From NCBI GenBank assembly GCA_903886975.1, contig CAISOB010000056.1:4935-68934 (forward strand): DNA of 64,000 nucleotides. Direction: 5' to 3'. Position numbers and translations under genes: made by a program. Shown here piece by piece: positions 38,080 through 46,601 of the stretch. The DNA is from an uncultured beta proteobacterium. Its GTDB lineage: Bacteria > Pseudomonadota > Gammaproteobacteria > Burkholderiales > Rhodocyclaceae. Position 1 is the stretch's first letter. Every line of letters starts with the position of its first letter. The notes beneath the pieces are model-generated. The model ran no database searches. It saw only the letters and a program-made list of their open reading frames with translations, and was not told the origin of the DNA.

Positions 38080-39140
38080 AGCAGGTTACCGCCGGTTTCG
38101 GCGTCGAACAGATGAATCGACTCGGGCACCGGCCGCAGGGGCAGATTCTCGCCGACAACAATATTGCGCCGTTCGCGCAGCACGCACGTCAGTTCCTGAC
38201 CGGCGGCGCGGACGACAACGTGCATCTCCGGCCCGGTGGGTTCGACTACCATCACCTCGGCCCCGAAGCCGCCCTCGCCCAGACGCAGATCTTCGGGACG
38301 AAAACCGCAAACCAGCTTGCGTCCCGGCGCGGCTGCCGGCAGCCGCGCCAAAGGTATCGAAAGACCGCTGTCGGACAGGAATCGCGGCTCGCCGTCTGTG
38401 GCCACGCGCCCCGCCACGAAGTTCATCGACGGCGAGCCGATGAAACTGGCAACGAACAGGTTGGCCGGCCGATCGTAAAGTTCGAGCGGCCCGCCCATCT
38501 GCTCGACGACACCATCGCGCATGACAACGATCCGGTCGGCCATGGTCATCGCCTCGATCTGATCGTGGGTGACATAGACAGTCGTGGTTCGCAGCCGCTG
38601 GTGCAGCATCTTGATTTCGGCACGCATGGCCACGCGCAGCTTGGCGTCGAGATTGGACAGCGGCTCATCGAAGAGAAACACCTGCGGGTCACGCACGATG
38701 GCTCGGCCCATCGCCACGCGCTGGCGCTGGCCGCCCGAGAGCTCGCGCGGATAGCGCGCAAGCAGCGGTTCGAGGCCGAGCACGTCCGCCGCACGCTTGA
38801 TGCGCTGTTCGATTTCTCTGCGCGCTACGCCCTTGAGCTTGAGGGAGAAAGCCATGTTGGCCCGGACGTTCATGTGCGGGTAGAGCGCATAGCTCTGAAA
38901 CACCATGGCGATGTCTCTGTCCTTCGGAGCCAGGTCATTGACCCTTCTCTCGCCGATCCGGATATCTCCGGAAGAAATCGACTCAAGGCCGGCGATCATG
39001 CGCAGCAGCGTCGATTTTCCACAGCCCGAGGGGCCGACCAGAACGGCGAACTCCCCATCTTCTATCGTGATATCGACGCCACGAATCACCTCGACCGGTC
39101 CAAAATTCTTGTGAACGTTACTGATGATCAAGCGCGACAT
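38076..39140 (-). CDS. Carbohydrate ABC ATPase (MalK/UgpC-like)
   Basis: GPSGCGKST, LSGGQRQR, DEPLSNLD and YVTHDQ; TOBE tail. Confidence 0.95.
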   Translation of the reverse strand: MSRLIISNVHKNFGPVEVIRGVDITIEDGEFAVLVGPSGCGKSTLLRMIAGLESISSGDIRIGERRVNDLAPKDRDIAMVFQSYALYPHMNVRANMAFSLKLKGVARREIEQRIKRAADVLGLEPLLARYPRELSGGQRQRVAMGRAIVRDPQVFLFDEPLSNLDAKLRVAMRAEIKMLHQRLRTTTVYVTHDQIEAMTMADRIVVMRDGVVEQMGGPLELYDRPANLFVASFIGSPSMNFVAGRVATDGEPRFLSDSGLSIPLARLPAAAPGRKLVCGFRPEDLRLGEGGFGAEVMVVEPTGPEMHVVVRAAGQELTCVLRERRNIVVGENLPLRPVPESIHLFDAETGGNLL

Positions 39141-39419
39141 TGGTTGGCTCCCTTGACGGCGTCCGGAACCGGGTGGCGGCAGGCCTCGCGCCGACGGTGC
39201 AAGGGCCAGGCTTCATCGCTGGCTGCAATCCGCGGCGCGAGAAAACGGCCGGTGGTGTTCAATAGGCGGGGGGTCTCGAGAAGAGGCTTCTGACTACTGC
39301 AACGAATCTTGGATTGTGGCGAATGCTGCAAGTTTCCAGACCCTCAATTTAGTGATTCAAACGACCGGTTTTTCTGCCCCGGACTTCAGTCACCGCACAT
39401 GCCAGCGGAAGACCCATCA

Positions 39420-39442
39420 GAAACGAAAACACTTTTCGTTTC
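39420..39442. promoter_or_regulatory. Perfect 10-3-10 palindrome, candidate operator
   Basis: GAAACGAAAA-CAC-TTTTCGTTTC in the divergent region between the ABC operon and lysR. Confidence 0.5.
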
Positions 39443-39497
39443 GCGGCAATTCTCCGCCATTTATATCTGCAGTCAATTGAATCGAACTCGTAATAAT

Positions 39498-39514
39498 GAT
39501 AGGATTTTCCTATC
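39498..39514. promoter_or_regulatory. LysR-type T-N11-A operator
   Basis: GATAGGA-TTT-TCCTATC (ATAG-N7-CTAT), ending 14 nt before the lysR ATG. Confidence 0.7.
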
Positions 39515-39528
39515 GTTTGGAGACGCCA

Positions 39529-40467
39529 ATGGACTTTCGTCAATTCCGTTATTTCGTGACCACCGCCGAAGAACTGCATTTCGCACGGGCCGCCGAACGC
39601 CTTGGCATTACTCAGCCCTCGCTGAGCCAACAGATCAAATTCCTTGAGACGAGCATGGGCTTGCGGCTCTTCAACCGCGCCAAACGGCGCGTCGAACTGA
39701 CCAAAGCGGGGGCGGCTTTCCTGCTTGAAGCACGGGCGAGTTTGCAACTCGCGGACCGGGCGGTGCGCGTCGCGCAGGATACAGCGCGGGGGGAAGCAGG
39801 CCGGATCGACATCGGCATTGTCGGGTCTGTAATGTTCGATCTGAATTTCCCTCGCCTGCTCAAGGCCTATAACAGCGCACGCGAGGGCGTCCAGTTGGCG
39901 CTGCATGAGATGCCGATCCTCGCGCAACTTGAAGCCATGCACACCGGACACATCGATCTGGCCATCGTCCGCGAACCCCTGCCGCAAAGCATCCCCGACG
40001 ATCTGGATTACTTCACGCTGTCCAGCCAGCGCCTGGTCGCCGTACTGCCATTGGGGCATCCCTTGTCAGGGGCAAGCGCCGTGGCCTTGAAGGATCTCGC
40101 GCGGGACCCCTTCCTCGCCTTTCAGGACCCGGAGGGCGTCGGCATGGGGCATGTCTTGCTGACCACCTGCCGCGATGCCGGATTCGAACCGCAAATCAAG
40201 CAACGGGTTGCCGAAATCTCAACCTTGATCAGTCTCGTCGCCGTCGGCTTTGGCGTCAGCCTGGTGGTCGACATTCTCAGCCATCTGCAATTGCCAAGCG
40301 TACGGTACGTCCCGCTTGCCGGATTGGATGCGCGCTCGCAATTGCTTGTTGTCCACCGGCGCTTCGAACGTTCCGCGGCAGTACGCATCCTGCTGGAGGA
40401 TATCCGCGCCGCATCGCAGACCGTGACCAAACGCCGGGGTAAGGAAAATCGCAACGCCACGCGCTAG
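39529..40467 (+). CDS. LysR-family transcriptional regulator
   Basis: MDFRQFRYFVTTAEELHFARAAERLGITQPSLSQQI HTH. Confidence 0.96.
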   Translation: MDFRQFRYFVTTAEELHFARAAERLGITQPSLSQQIKFLETSMGLRLFNRAKRRVELTKAGAAFLLEARASLQLADRAVRVAQDTARGEAGRIDIGIVGSVMFDLNFPRLLKAYNSAREGVQLALHEMPILAQLEAMHTGHIDLAIVREPLPQSIPDDLDYFTLSSQRLVAVLPLGHPLSGASAVALKDLARDPFLAFQDPEGVGMGHVLLTTCRDAGFEPQIKQRVAEISTLISLVAVGFGVSLVVDILSHLQLPSVRYVPLAGLDARSQLLVVHRRFERSAAVRILLEDIRAASQTVTKRRGKENRNATR

Positions 40468-40508
40468 CATTCCGCCAATTTCGATGTTGATCAAGGCTGG
40501 AGGTTTCT

Positions 40509-41408
40509 ATGAAATGGTTTGATGGCTTCAATTCGATTGACATTCAAGTCAACGGCGTCCAAATTCATGCCCGCGTCCCTGCGGAGGGAATTGGTAATCG
40601 ACAGCCCTTGCTGTTATTGCACGGCTATCCGCAGAGCCATGTGCTGTGGCATAAGGTGGCGCAGGCTTTGCGCCATGACTATTTCCTGGTGATTCCCGAT
40701 CTGAGGGGTTACGGGAATTCAAGCAAACCGGCGGGACTTCCAGATCACAGCAATTACAGCAAGCGCGTCATGGCGCAAGACATGGTCGCGCTAATGGACT
40801 TTCTCGGGATCGAAATCTTTCACTTGTGCGGACATGACCGCGGCGGTCGGGTGGCGCACCGATTGGCGCTGGACCACCCCGGGCGCGTGCGGCAATTATG
40901 CCTTATAGATATTGTTCCCACTTTGGACACCTACGCCGCGACCGACTTCGAATTCGCGAAAGCCTATTACCACTGGTTCTACCTCATTCAGCCCGCCCCT
41001 CTTCCAGAGGCGATGATCGGCGGCGCTCCGACCGCGTACTTGCACGCGATGCTCGGTGGCTTAGGCTCAGGCGGAATCGATTACCTCGAACCGCAGGCAC
41101 TGGCCGAATACGAACAGCACATCCGTGATCCGCAGACGGTACACGGCATGTGCGAGGACTACCGGGCAAGTGCCTCGATCGACCTTGAGCACGATCGCGA
41201 TGGCCGGTCCAGGAACGACTTGATCAAATGTCCCACCTTGATACTTGTCGGAGAGAGAGGCGTGACCTATCGACTCTTCGATGTTGCCGATCTTTGGGCA
41301 GCTCAATGCGCCTTGCCGGTCACCGTGAAGAATCTTCCGTGCGGGCATTTCGTTCCCGAACAACTCGCCGAAGAAACTTCGGGGTGTTTGCGGAATTTCT
41401 ATGGCTAA
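40509..41408 (+). CDS. Fluoroacetate/haloacetate dehalogenase (alpha/beta hydrolase)
   Basis: LLHGYPQ, GHDRGGRVAHR, YYHWF, MCEDYRA and CGHF, matching the conserved family residues. Confidence 0.88.
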   Translation: MKWFDGFNSIDIQVNGVQIHARVPAEGIGNRQPLLLLHGYPQSHVLWHKVAQALRHDYFLVIPDLRGYGNSSKPAGLPDHSNYSKRVMAQDMVALMDFLGIEIFHLCGHDRGGRVAHRLALDHPGRVRQLCLIDIVPTLDTYAATDFEFAKAYYHWFYLIQPAPLPEAMIGGAPTAYLHAMLGGLGSGGIDYLEPQALAEYEQHIRDPQTVHGMCEDYRASASIDLEHDRDGRSRNDLIKCPTLILVGERGVTYRLFDVADLWAAQCALPVTVKNLPCGHFVPEQLAEETSGCLRNFYG

Positions 41409-41752
41409 AAAGCGGAGATTTCGCTGAGCCGTCTGTCTGACTACGCGGCGTCACTTCTCGTTCGGGGCGAGGCCTGCTTCCCCGCGCAAAACGCGAATTG
41501 ATTGAATCCCGTTCATCTTCGCCGCCCGCAAAGGCTCGCTTCATGGGCCTCTTCCCGAACAGGGTCGGCGAAAAGATCGCCGAGCGAGCGAGATCTGGGA
41601 CTTCTCCGCAATCTCCGGACCTCTGGAAGTGCTTTTTGGTAAATGATTGCCAAGGAGCGAAATCAGGTTTGACTGCAATTCCCGGAGCGGGGATACTTGC
41701 GCAAGGGCGTTGAAATGCCTATCCATTTAGCATACATGACGGGGGGCGCAAA

Positions 41753-42199
41753 GTGATCATAGGGATCGAGCATGTTGGACTGAGCGTCGCGAATCTCGAG
41801 CAGTCGCTGGCGTTCTACCGCGATCTGATCGGTTTTGAGCTGTTGCGCGTTCTCGACTGCACTCCCGAGGGCGCTCTCGGAACGGTGGTCGCGATGCCGC
41901 GATGCCGCGCACGGGTGGCACACCTGCTGCTGGACGGCCGGATGCTCGAGCTATTCGAATATGCCGAACCGCGCGGCCGGGTCCAGGCCGACGACGCCTG
42001 CCAGGCGAACCACGGATGGATTCACATGGGACTGACTTCGACGGATACGCGCGCCGACTACGCGCGCTTGCGTGCGCACGGCGTCGAGTTCTTGTCCGAA
42101 CCGGTCGAGTTCCGGCCGGGCGTCTGTATTGTCTATTTCAAGGGCCCGGACGGCGAGGTCGTGGAGTTGCGGCAGACACCGGGTGGCGTGGAGGGGTAG
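41753..42199 (+). CDS. VOC (glyoxalase/epimerase-like) metalloprotein
   Basis: IEHVGLSV, LELFEY, HMGL and GPDGEVVEL; GTG start. Confidence 0.88.
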   Translation: MIIGIEHVGLSVANLEQSLAFYRDLIGFELLRVLDCTPEGALGTVVAMPRCRARVAHLLLDGRMLELFEYAEPRGRVQADDACQANHGWIHMGLTSTDTRADYARLRAHGVEFLSEPVEFRPGVCIVYFKGPDGEVVELRQTPGGVEG

Positions 42200-42373
42200 G
42201 AAGAACCGTGGAACTGCGCCGCTCACATACACGACGATCTTCTCCTTGGTGTTGAAATACAATCAGCGGTGAGTTTGACAGCGGCCGAAGTTAATAAAAA
42301 GAATAACAGTAGTCAATATTAATTCATTTGTTTTGTATTCCCTAAACATCTAAAGTCCCCTCAGCGTAAGACG

Positions 42374-42392
42374 TGTTCGCGTACAACGAACA
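42374..42392. promoter_or_regulatory. Palindrome TGTTCG-N7-CGAACA, candidate operator
   Basis: Lies in the AT-rich promoter region about 80 nt upstream of the ALDH gene. Confidence 0.45.
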
Positions 42393-42470
42393 TAAATTTG
42401 TACGATCTGGTTGCCAGGACGACGCAGCGGTCAGGTCCTCCGTGAGTTGATAAAAAGGGGCGGGAGACGC

Positions 42471-43907
42471 ATGAGCGACATATTGCAGAACTATATCAAT
42501 GGCGGCTGGTGCGACAGTGCATCCGGCCAGACCTTTGTCAATGAGAATCCGGCGCGCCGCGGCTCGGTGCTGAACCGGGCGCAGGCATCGACCGCCGAGG
42601 ATGTCGAGGCGGCGATCGGGGCAGCGGCAACGGCGTTCAAACCTTGGAGCCGCACCCCGGTCTCCGAACGGCAGGCCGTCGTGGCCCGCTTCCTGGATGC
42701 GTTGGCGACGGCACGCGAGGAATTGGCGCGCATCGTTTCGCTCGAGAACGGCAAGACGATCGGCGAAGCGCGCGGCGAAGTCGATTCCGCCCTGCTGGAA
42801 GGCCGGCACCACCTGCAACAGATCAGCGTGTTCGCCGGGGAGTCGGCGCCGCGCGCCGAAGGCTCGATCACGGCCTGGGAGCAGTTGCACGCGCTCGGGG
42901 TCATCGGCGTAATCAGCCCCTGGAACTACCCGATGAACGTGATGTGCCGCAAGACGCTGCCCGCCCTGCTCACCGGCAACACGGTGGTCTTCAAGCCGGC
43001 CAGCTTCACGCCATGGTCGGCGGTCTTCATGGCCGGACTGTTTGAAAAAGCCGGCCTGCCGGCGGGTGTTTTCAACTGCGTGAGCGGTCTCGGCAGTACG
43101 CTGGGGAACAAACTGATCAAGCATCCGCGCGTGCGTGCGATCTCGTTCACCGGCTCGACCGAGGTCGGCCGCAAGATCCAGCTCCTGGCGGCCGAGGATT
43201 TCACGCGCACGCAACTCGAACTCGGCGGCAAGAGCGCCCTGATCGTGCTCGCCGACGCGGATCTCGATGCCGCCGTCGAAGCCACCGTCAAGGCCGGTTT
43301 CGGCTGCTCCGGGCAATGGTGCACCTCGACCAGTCGCGTGCTGCTGGCGGCGGAAATCGCCGAAGCCTACACGGCGAAACTGCTCGCCCGCTGCCAGGCG
43401 ATGAAGGTCGGCGATCCGCTCGACGCGGCCACCTCGATGGGACCCGTGGCCGGGCCGACGCAATTCGACGGCATTTCCGCGGCGATCGCCAAGGCCAAAG
43501 CGCAGGGCGCGCGACTGCGCTTTGGCGGCGTCTCGGACAACGCCGAGGGCTACTACATTCTGCCGACGGTTTTCGACGGCGTCACGCGCGACATGGCGAT
43601 CTTCCACGAGGAGATCTTTGGTCCGGTTCTCGCGCTGTCGACGGTCAGGGACCTCGACGAAGCGCTGACCTGGGCCAATGACGCCCTCTACGGCCTGTCG
43701 TCGGCGATCTTCACCAAAGACCTCGCGTCCGCCATGCGCTACGTGCGCGAGATCGAGGCCGGCATGGCGCACGTGAACATTCACAGCGGTTTCAAGACGC
43801 CGGAACTCCCCTTCGGCGGATGGAAAGAGTCGGGCTTCGGTCTGCCCGAGAACGGCAAGACCGGTCTGGAGTTCTTTGTGGAACGCAAAGCGGTTTATGT
43901 GGGGTGA
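42471..43907 (+). CDS. Aldehyde dehydrogenase (KGSA dehydrogenase/YcbD-like)
   Basis: SPWNYP, VFKPAS, SFTGSTEVG, LELGGK, GQWCTS and EEIFGPV. Confidence 0.9.
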   Translation: MSDILQNYINGGWCDSASGQTFVNENPARRGSVLNRAQASTAEDVEAAIGAAATAFKPWSRTPVSERQAVVARFLDALATAREELARIVSLENGKTIGEARGEVDSALLEGRHHLQQISVFAGESAPRAEGSITAWEQLHALGVIGVISPWNYPMNVMCRKTLPALLTGNTVVFKPASFTPWSAVFMAGLFEKAGLPAGVFNCVSGLGSTLGNKLIKHPRVRAISFTGSTEVGRKIQLLAAEDFTRTQLELGGKSALIVLADADLDAAVEATVKAGFGCSGQWCTSTSRVLLAAEIAEAYTAKLLARCQAMKVGDPLDAATSMGPVAGPTQFDGISAAIAKAKAQGARLRFGGVSDNAEGYYILPTVFDGVTRDMAIFHEEIFGPVLALSTVRDLDEALTWANDALYGLSSAIFTKDLASAMRYVREIEAGMAHVNIHSGFKTPELPFGGWKESGFGLPENGKTGLEFFVERKAVYVG

Positions 43908-43953
43908 GCGGAGAAGCTGAACCCTCATCCACGGATCACGACAAGAGAATGAC

Positions 43954-46119
43954 ATGAACGAAAAGAATATCCCCTCCCCCCCACCGCAACGGGCGCTGGC
44001 GGTTGACGATAAAGACTGGGCGGCGGTGCCGCTTGCGGAACTGCTGTGGATGTACCAGCAGATGACGCTGATCCGCGCCTTCGAACAAAAGCTGCTCGCC
44101 CTCAAGGACGAGGGCCTGGTCAACGGCCCGGTCCATACCAGCGTCGGGCAGGAAGCGATCGCGGTCGGCGCGGGTCTCGCGCTGCGCCGCCAGGATAAGA
44201 TCGGCGGCACGCATCGCGCCCACCACCAGTACCTGGCCAAGGCGCTCTGCGCCGTTGCGCCGAAGGGCTATGACCCCTTGCGCGACGGCTTGACGGGCGA
44301 GATGCAGGCGCACGTGCTGACCCTGCTCAAGGAGATCATGGGCCTCGCCGGAGGCTGCAGCGGCGGGCGCGGCGGGTCGATGCACCTGTTCAACAAGGAG
44401 ATCGGCGTCGCCGGCACCAACGCCATCGTCGGCGGCGGCGTGCCACCCACCACAGGCGTCGCCTGGGCCGACCACATGCGCGGCGAGGACTGGGTGACGG
44501 TCTGCTTCTACGGCGACGGCGCCGTCTACCAGGGCGCGGTTCACGAGGCTTGCAACATTGCCTCGCTGTGGGACGCGCCGATCATCTATGCGATCGAGAA
44601 CAACCACTTCGCGGTCGGGACTTCGCGCGACGACGGTTGCTCGGCAAAGCAATTGAGCCATGTGGCGGCGGCCTACGGCATGCCGGGCTTCCAGGTCAAC
44701 GGCATGGACCCGCTCTCCGTCAAGCTGGCCATCGAGCACATTCTGGCCGACCGCAATAACCTGCCGTGCTTCCTCGAAATCGACACCTGGCGGCACTTCC
44801 ATCACGCCGGCGGCATTCCCGGCAGCGCGTTCGGCTACCGCAGCAAGGAAGCCGAGGCGGAGTGGCACGCCCGCGATCCGCTGACCCAGTTCGCGGCGCG
44901 GCTGCGTCAGCGCAGCGTCAGCGACGCGGACATCGGCAAGCTGCAATCGCAAGCGCAGGCCTCGGTGGACGCCGCCGCGGCGGAGGTGCTGACCACCAAC
45001 GCCGCCGGCGCCAAGGCGATTCGCGAAGAGCTCTGGCCGACCGCCGAGAGCGCGCCGCGCGGCTTGCGCGACGAAGGTCTCGGCCGCATCGGCCCGTTCG
45101 TCGAGGCCGCCGATTGCGCCTGCACACGCGAGATCAAGTACTCGGACGCCATCACCGAAGTCACGGGGCGTTGGCTGGAAATCGACCCGGCCGTCGTGGT
45201 GATGGGCGAAGAAGTCTGCAACATGGGTGGTGGCGCCTACGGCGCGACCAAGGGGCTCGCCAAGATCTACCCCGGCCGCGTGCGCAACACCCCGATCACC
45301 GAGGCCGGCTTCTGCGGCATTGCCGGCGGCGCGGCAATGAACGGCATGCATCCGGTCGTCGAACTGATGTTCTCGAGCTTCGGGCTCGTCGCCGCCGACC
45401 AGCTCTTCAACCAGATCGGCCAGCTCGGCCATATTTACGGCGGCCACGTCTCCGTGCCGCTCATCTGCCGCACGCGCGTGGCGGCCGGACTGGGTTACGG
45501 CGCGCAGCACAGCCAGGATCCGGTGGCGCTCTTTTCGATGTTCCCGGGCTGGCGCATCGTGGTCCCGACGAACAGTTTCGACTACATCGGCCTGTTCAAT
45601 GCGGCAATGAAGCTCAAGAGCCCGACGCTGATCGTCGAACACCACGGCTTCTACGGCGAAGCCGGAATGATTCCCGCCGGAGCGGCCGACCACGTCGTCG
45701 AGATCGGCAAGGCGGCCGTGCGGCGCGAAGGCACGGACGTTACGGTGCTCGCCTACGGCTGGGGCGTGCGGCTCGCCGAGCGCGCGGCGGCGCAACTTGC
45801 GGAGGAAGGGCTGTCAGCGGAGGTGATCGACTTGCGCACGGTGGACGATGCGTCGATGGACTACGAAACGATCGGCCGCTCGCTGCGCAAGACCGGCGCG
45901 CTGCTGACCGTCGAAGAAGCGCAGGCCTGCAACGCGATCGGCGCGAAGCTCATCCGCGCCTGCGAACAGCGCTGGTTCGATTATCTCGACGCGCCGGCGG
46001 CGAGCATCAACGCCCTCGATATCCCGCTGCCCGTGTCGCGGCGTCTGGAGTTGTTGTGTTTGCCGGACCTGGAACGGACGGTGGCATTGATGCGAAAGGC
46101 GGCGCGCAGGGAAGTGTAG
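43954..46119 (+). CDS. Fused 2-oxoacid/acetoin dehydrogenase E1 alpha-beta subunit
   Basis: GRGGSMH and GDGA...ENN TPP motif (alpha); NTPITE.GF.G, VELMF and HSQ (beta); no lipoyl domain. Confidence 0.9.
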   Translation: MNEKNIPSPPPQRALAVDDKDWAAVPLAELLWMYQQMTLIRAFEQKLLALKDEGLVNGPVHTSVGQEAIAVGAGLALRRQDKIGGTHRAHHQYLAKALCAVAPKGYDPLRDGLTGEMQAHVLTLLKEIMGLAGGCSGGRGGSMHLFNKEIGVAGTNAIVGGGVPPTTGVAWADHMRGEDWVTVCFYGDGAVYQGAVHEACNIASLWDAPIIYAIENNHFAVGTSRDDGCSAKQLSHVAAAYGMPGFQVNGMDPLSVKLAIEHILADRNNLPCFLEIDTWRHFHHAGGIPGSAFGYRSKEAEAEWHARDPLTQFAARLRQRSVSDADIGKLQSQAQASVDAAAAEVLTTNAAGAKAIREELWPTAESAPRGLRDEGLGRIGPFVEAADCACTREIKYSDAITEVTGRWLEIDPAVVVMGEEVCNMGGGAYGATKGLAKIYPGRVRNTPITEAGFCGIAGGAAMNGMHPVVELMFSSFGLVAADQLFNQIGQLGHIYGGHVSVPLICRTRVAAGLGYGAQHSQDPVALFSMFPGWRIVVPTNSFDYIGLFNAAMKLKSPTLIVEHHGFYGEAGMIPAGAADHVVEIGKAAVRREGTDVTVLAYGWGVRLAERAAAQLAEEGLSAEVIDLRTVDDASMDYETIGRSLRKTGALLTVEEAQACNAIGAKLIRACEQRWFDYLDAPAASINALDIPLPVSRRLELLCLPDLERTVALMRKAARREV

Positions 46120-46465
46120 GCGTGAATACGTGGTCGATGACGGCACCCAGAAGAACTTGATGATCGTGATCGTCGTCGCACTCGACGCCGAGCAAGACAA
46201 CACCGCCGACAATGAATTCAACCGCCGCTTAGGGTTTTCAATCACCAGATCCTTGGTCGGTCTTATGTGGAGCGCCACATGATACCGACCTCTAATCTGT
46301 CAATCGAATTCGGCCAAGGCTGATTGTTCGGCCGTTCCAGCTCCTGTCGATGAGTTTGTCGAATACCCCTTTACGAACCTCGCCAGCGCAAAAACGGCAA
46401 GCCGGGTTAAATCAAGAGACTCTATGATCCCTTGATCTAGGGAAGGGCTGATCGAGTGGAAATTC

Positions 46466-46532
46466 GTCATTCCGGCGAACGCCGGAATCCAGTAAAGGCG
46501 ACGAACTGGACACCGGCTTTCGCCGGTGTGAC
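46466..46532. repeat. REP doublet, copy 3
   Basis: Reverse complement of copy 2 with 2 mismatches over 67 nt. Confidence 0.9.
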
Positions 46533-46601
46533 AAGTCAATCAGCGTTCCCCTAGCTGCTCATGTTGATGAATCCCATGTCTCCCGCATCAATCGAGCTCA
46601 G

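Noticed and set aside
46120-46460. Possible E2 or toxin-antitoxin remnant after the E1 fusion
   Set aside because: No lipoyl motif or toxin signature in the frames I read.
3175-46532. CRISPR interpretation of the palindromic repeats
   Set aside because: Copies are isolated inverted doublets kilobases apart, not direct repeats with spacers, and there are no cas genes.
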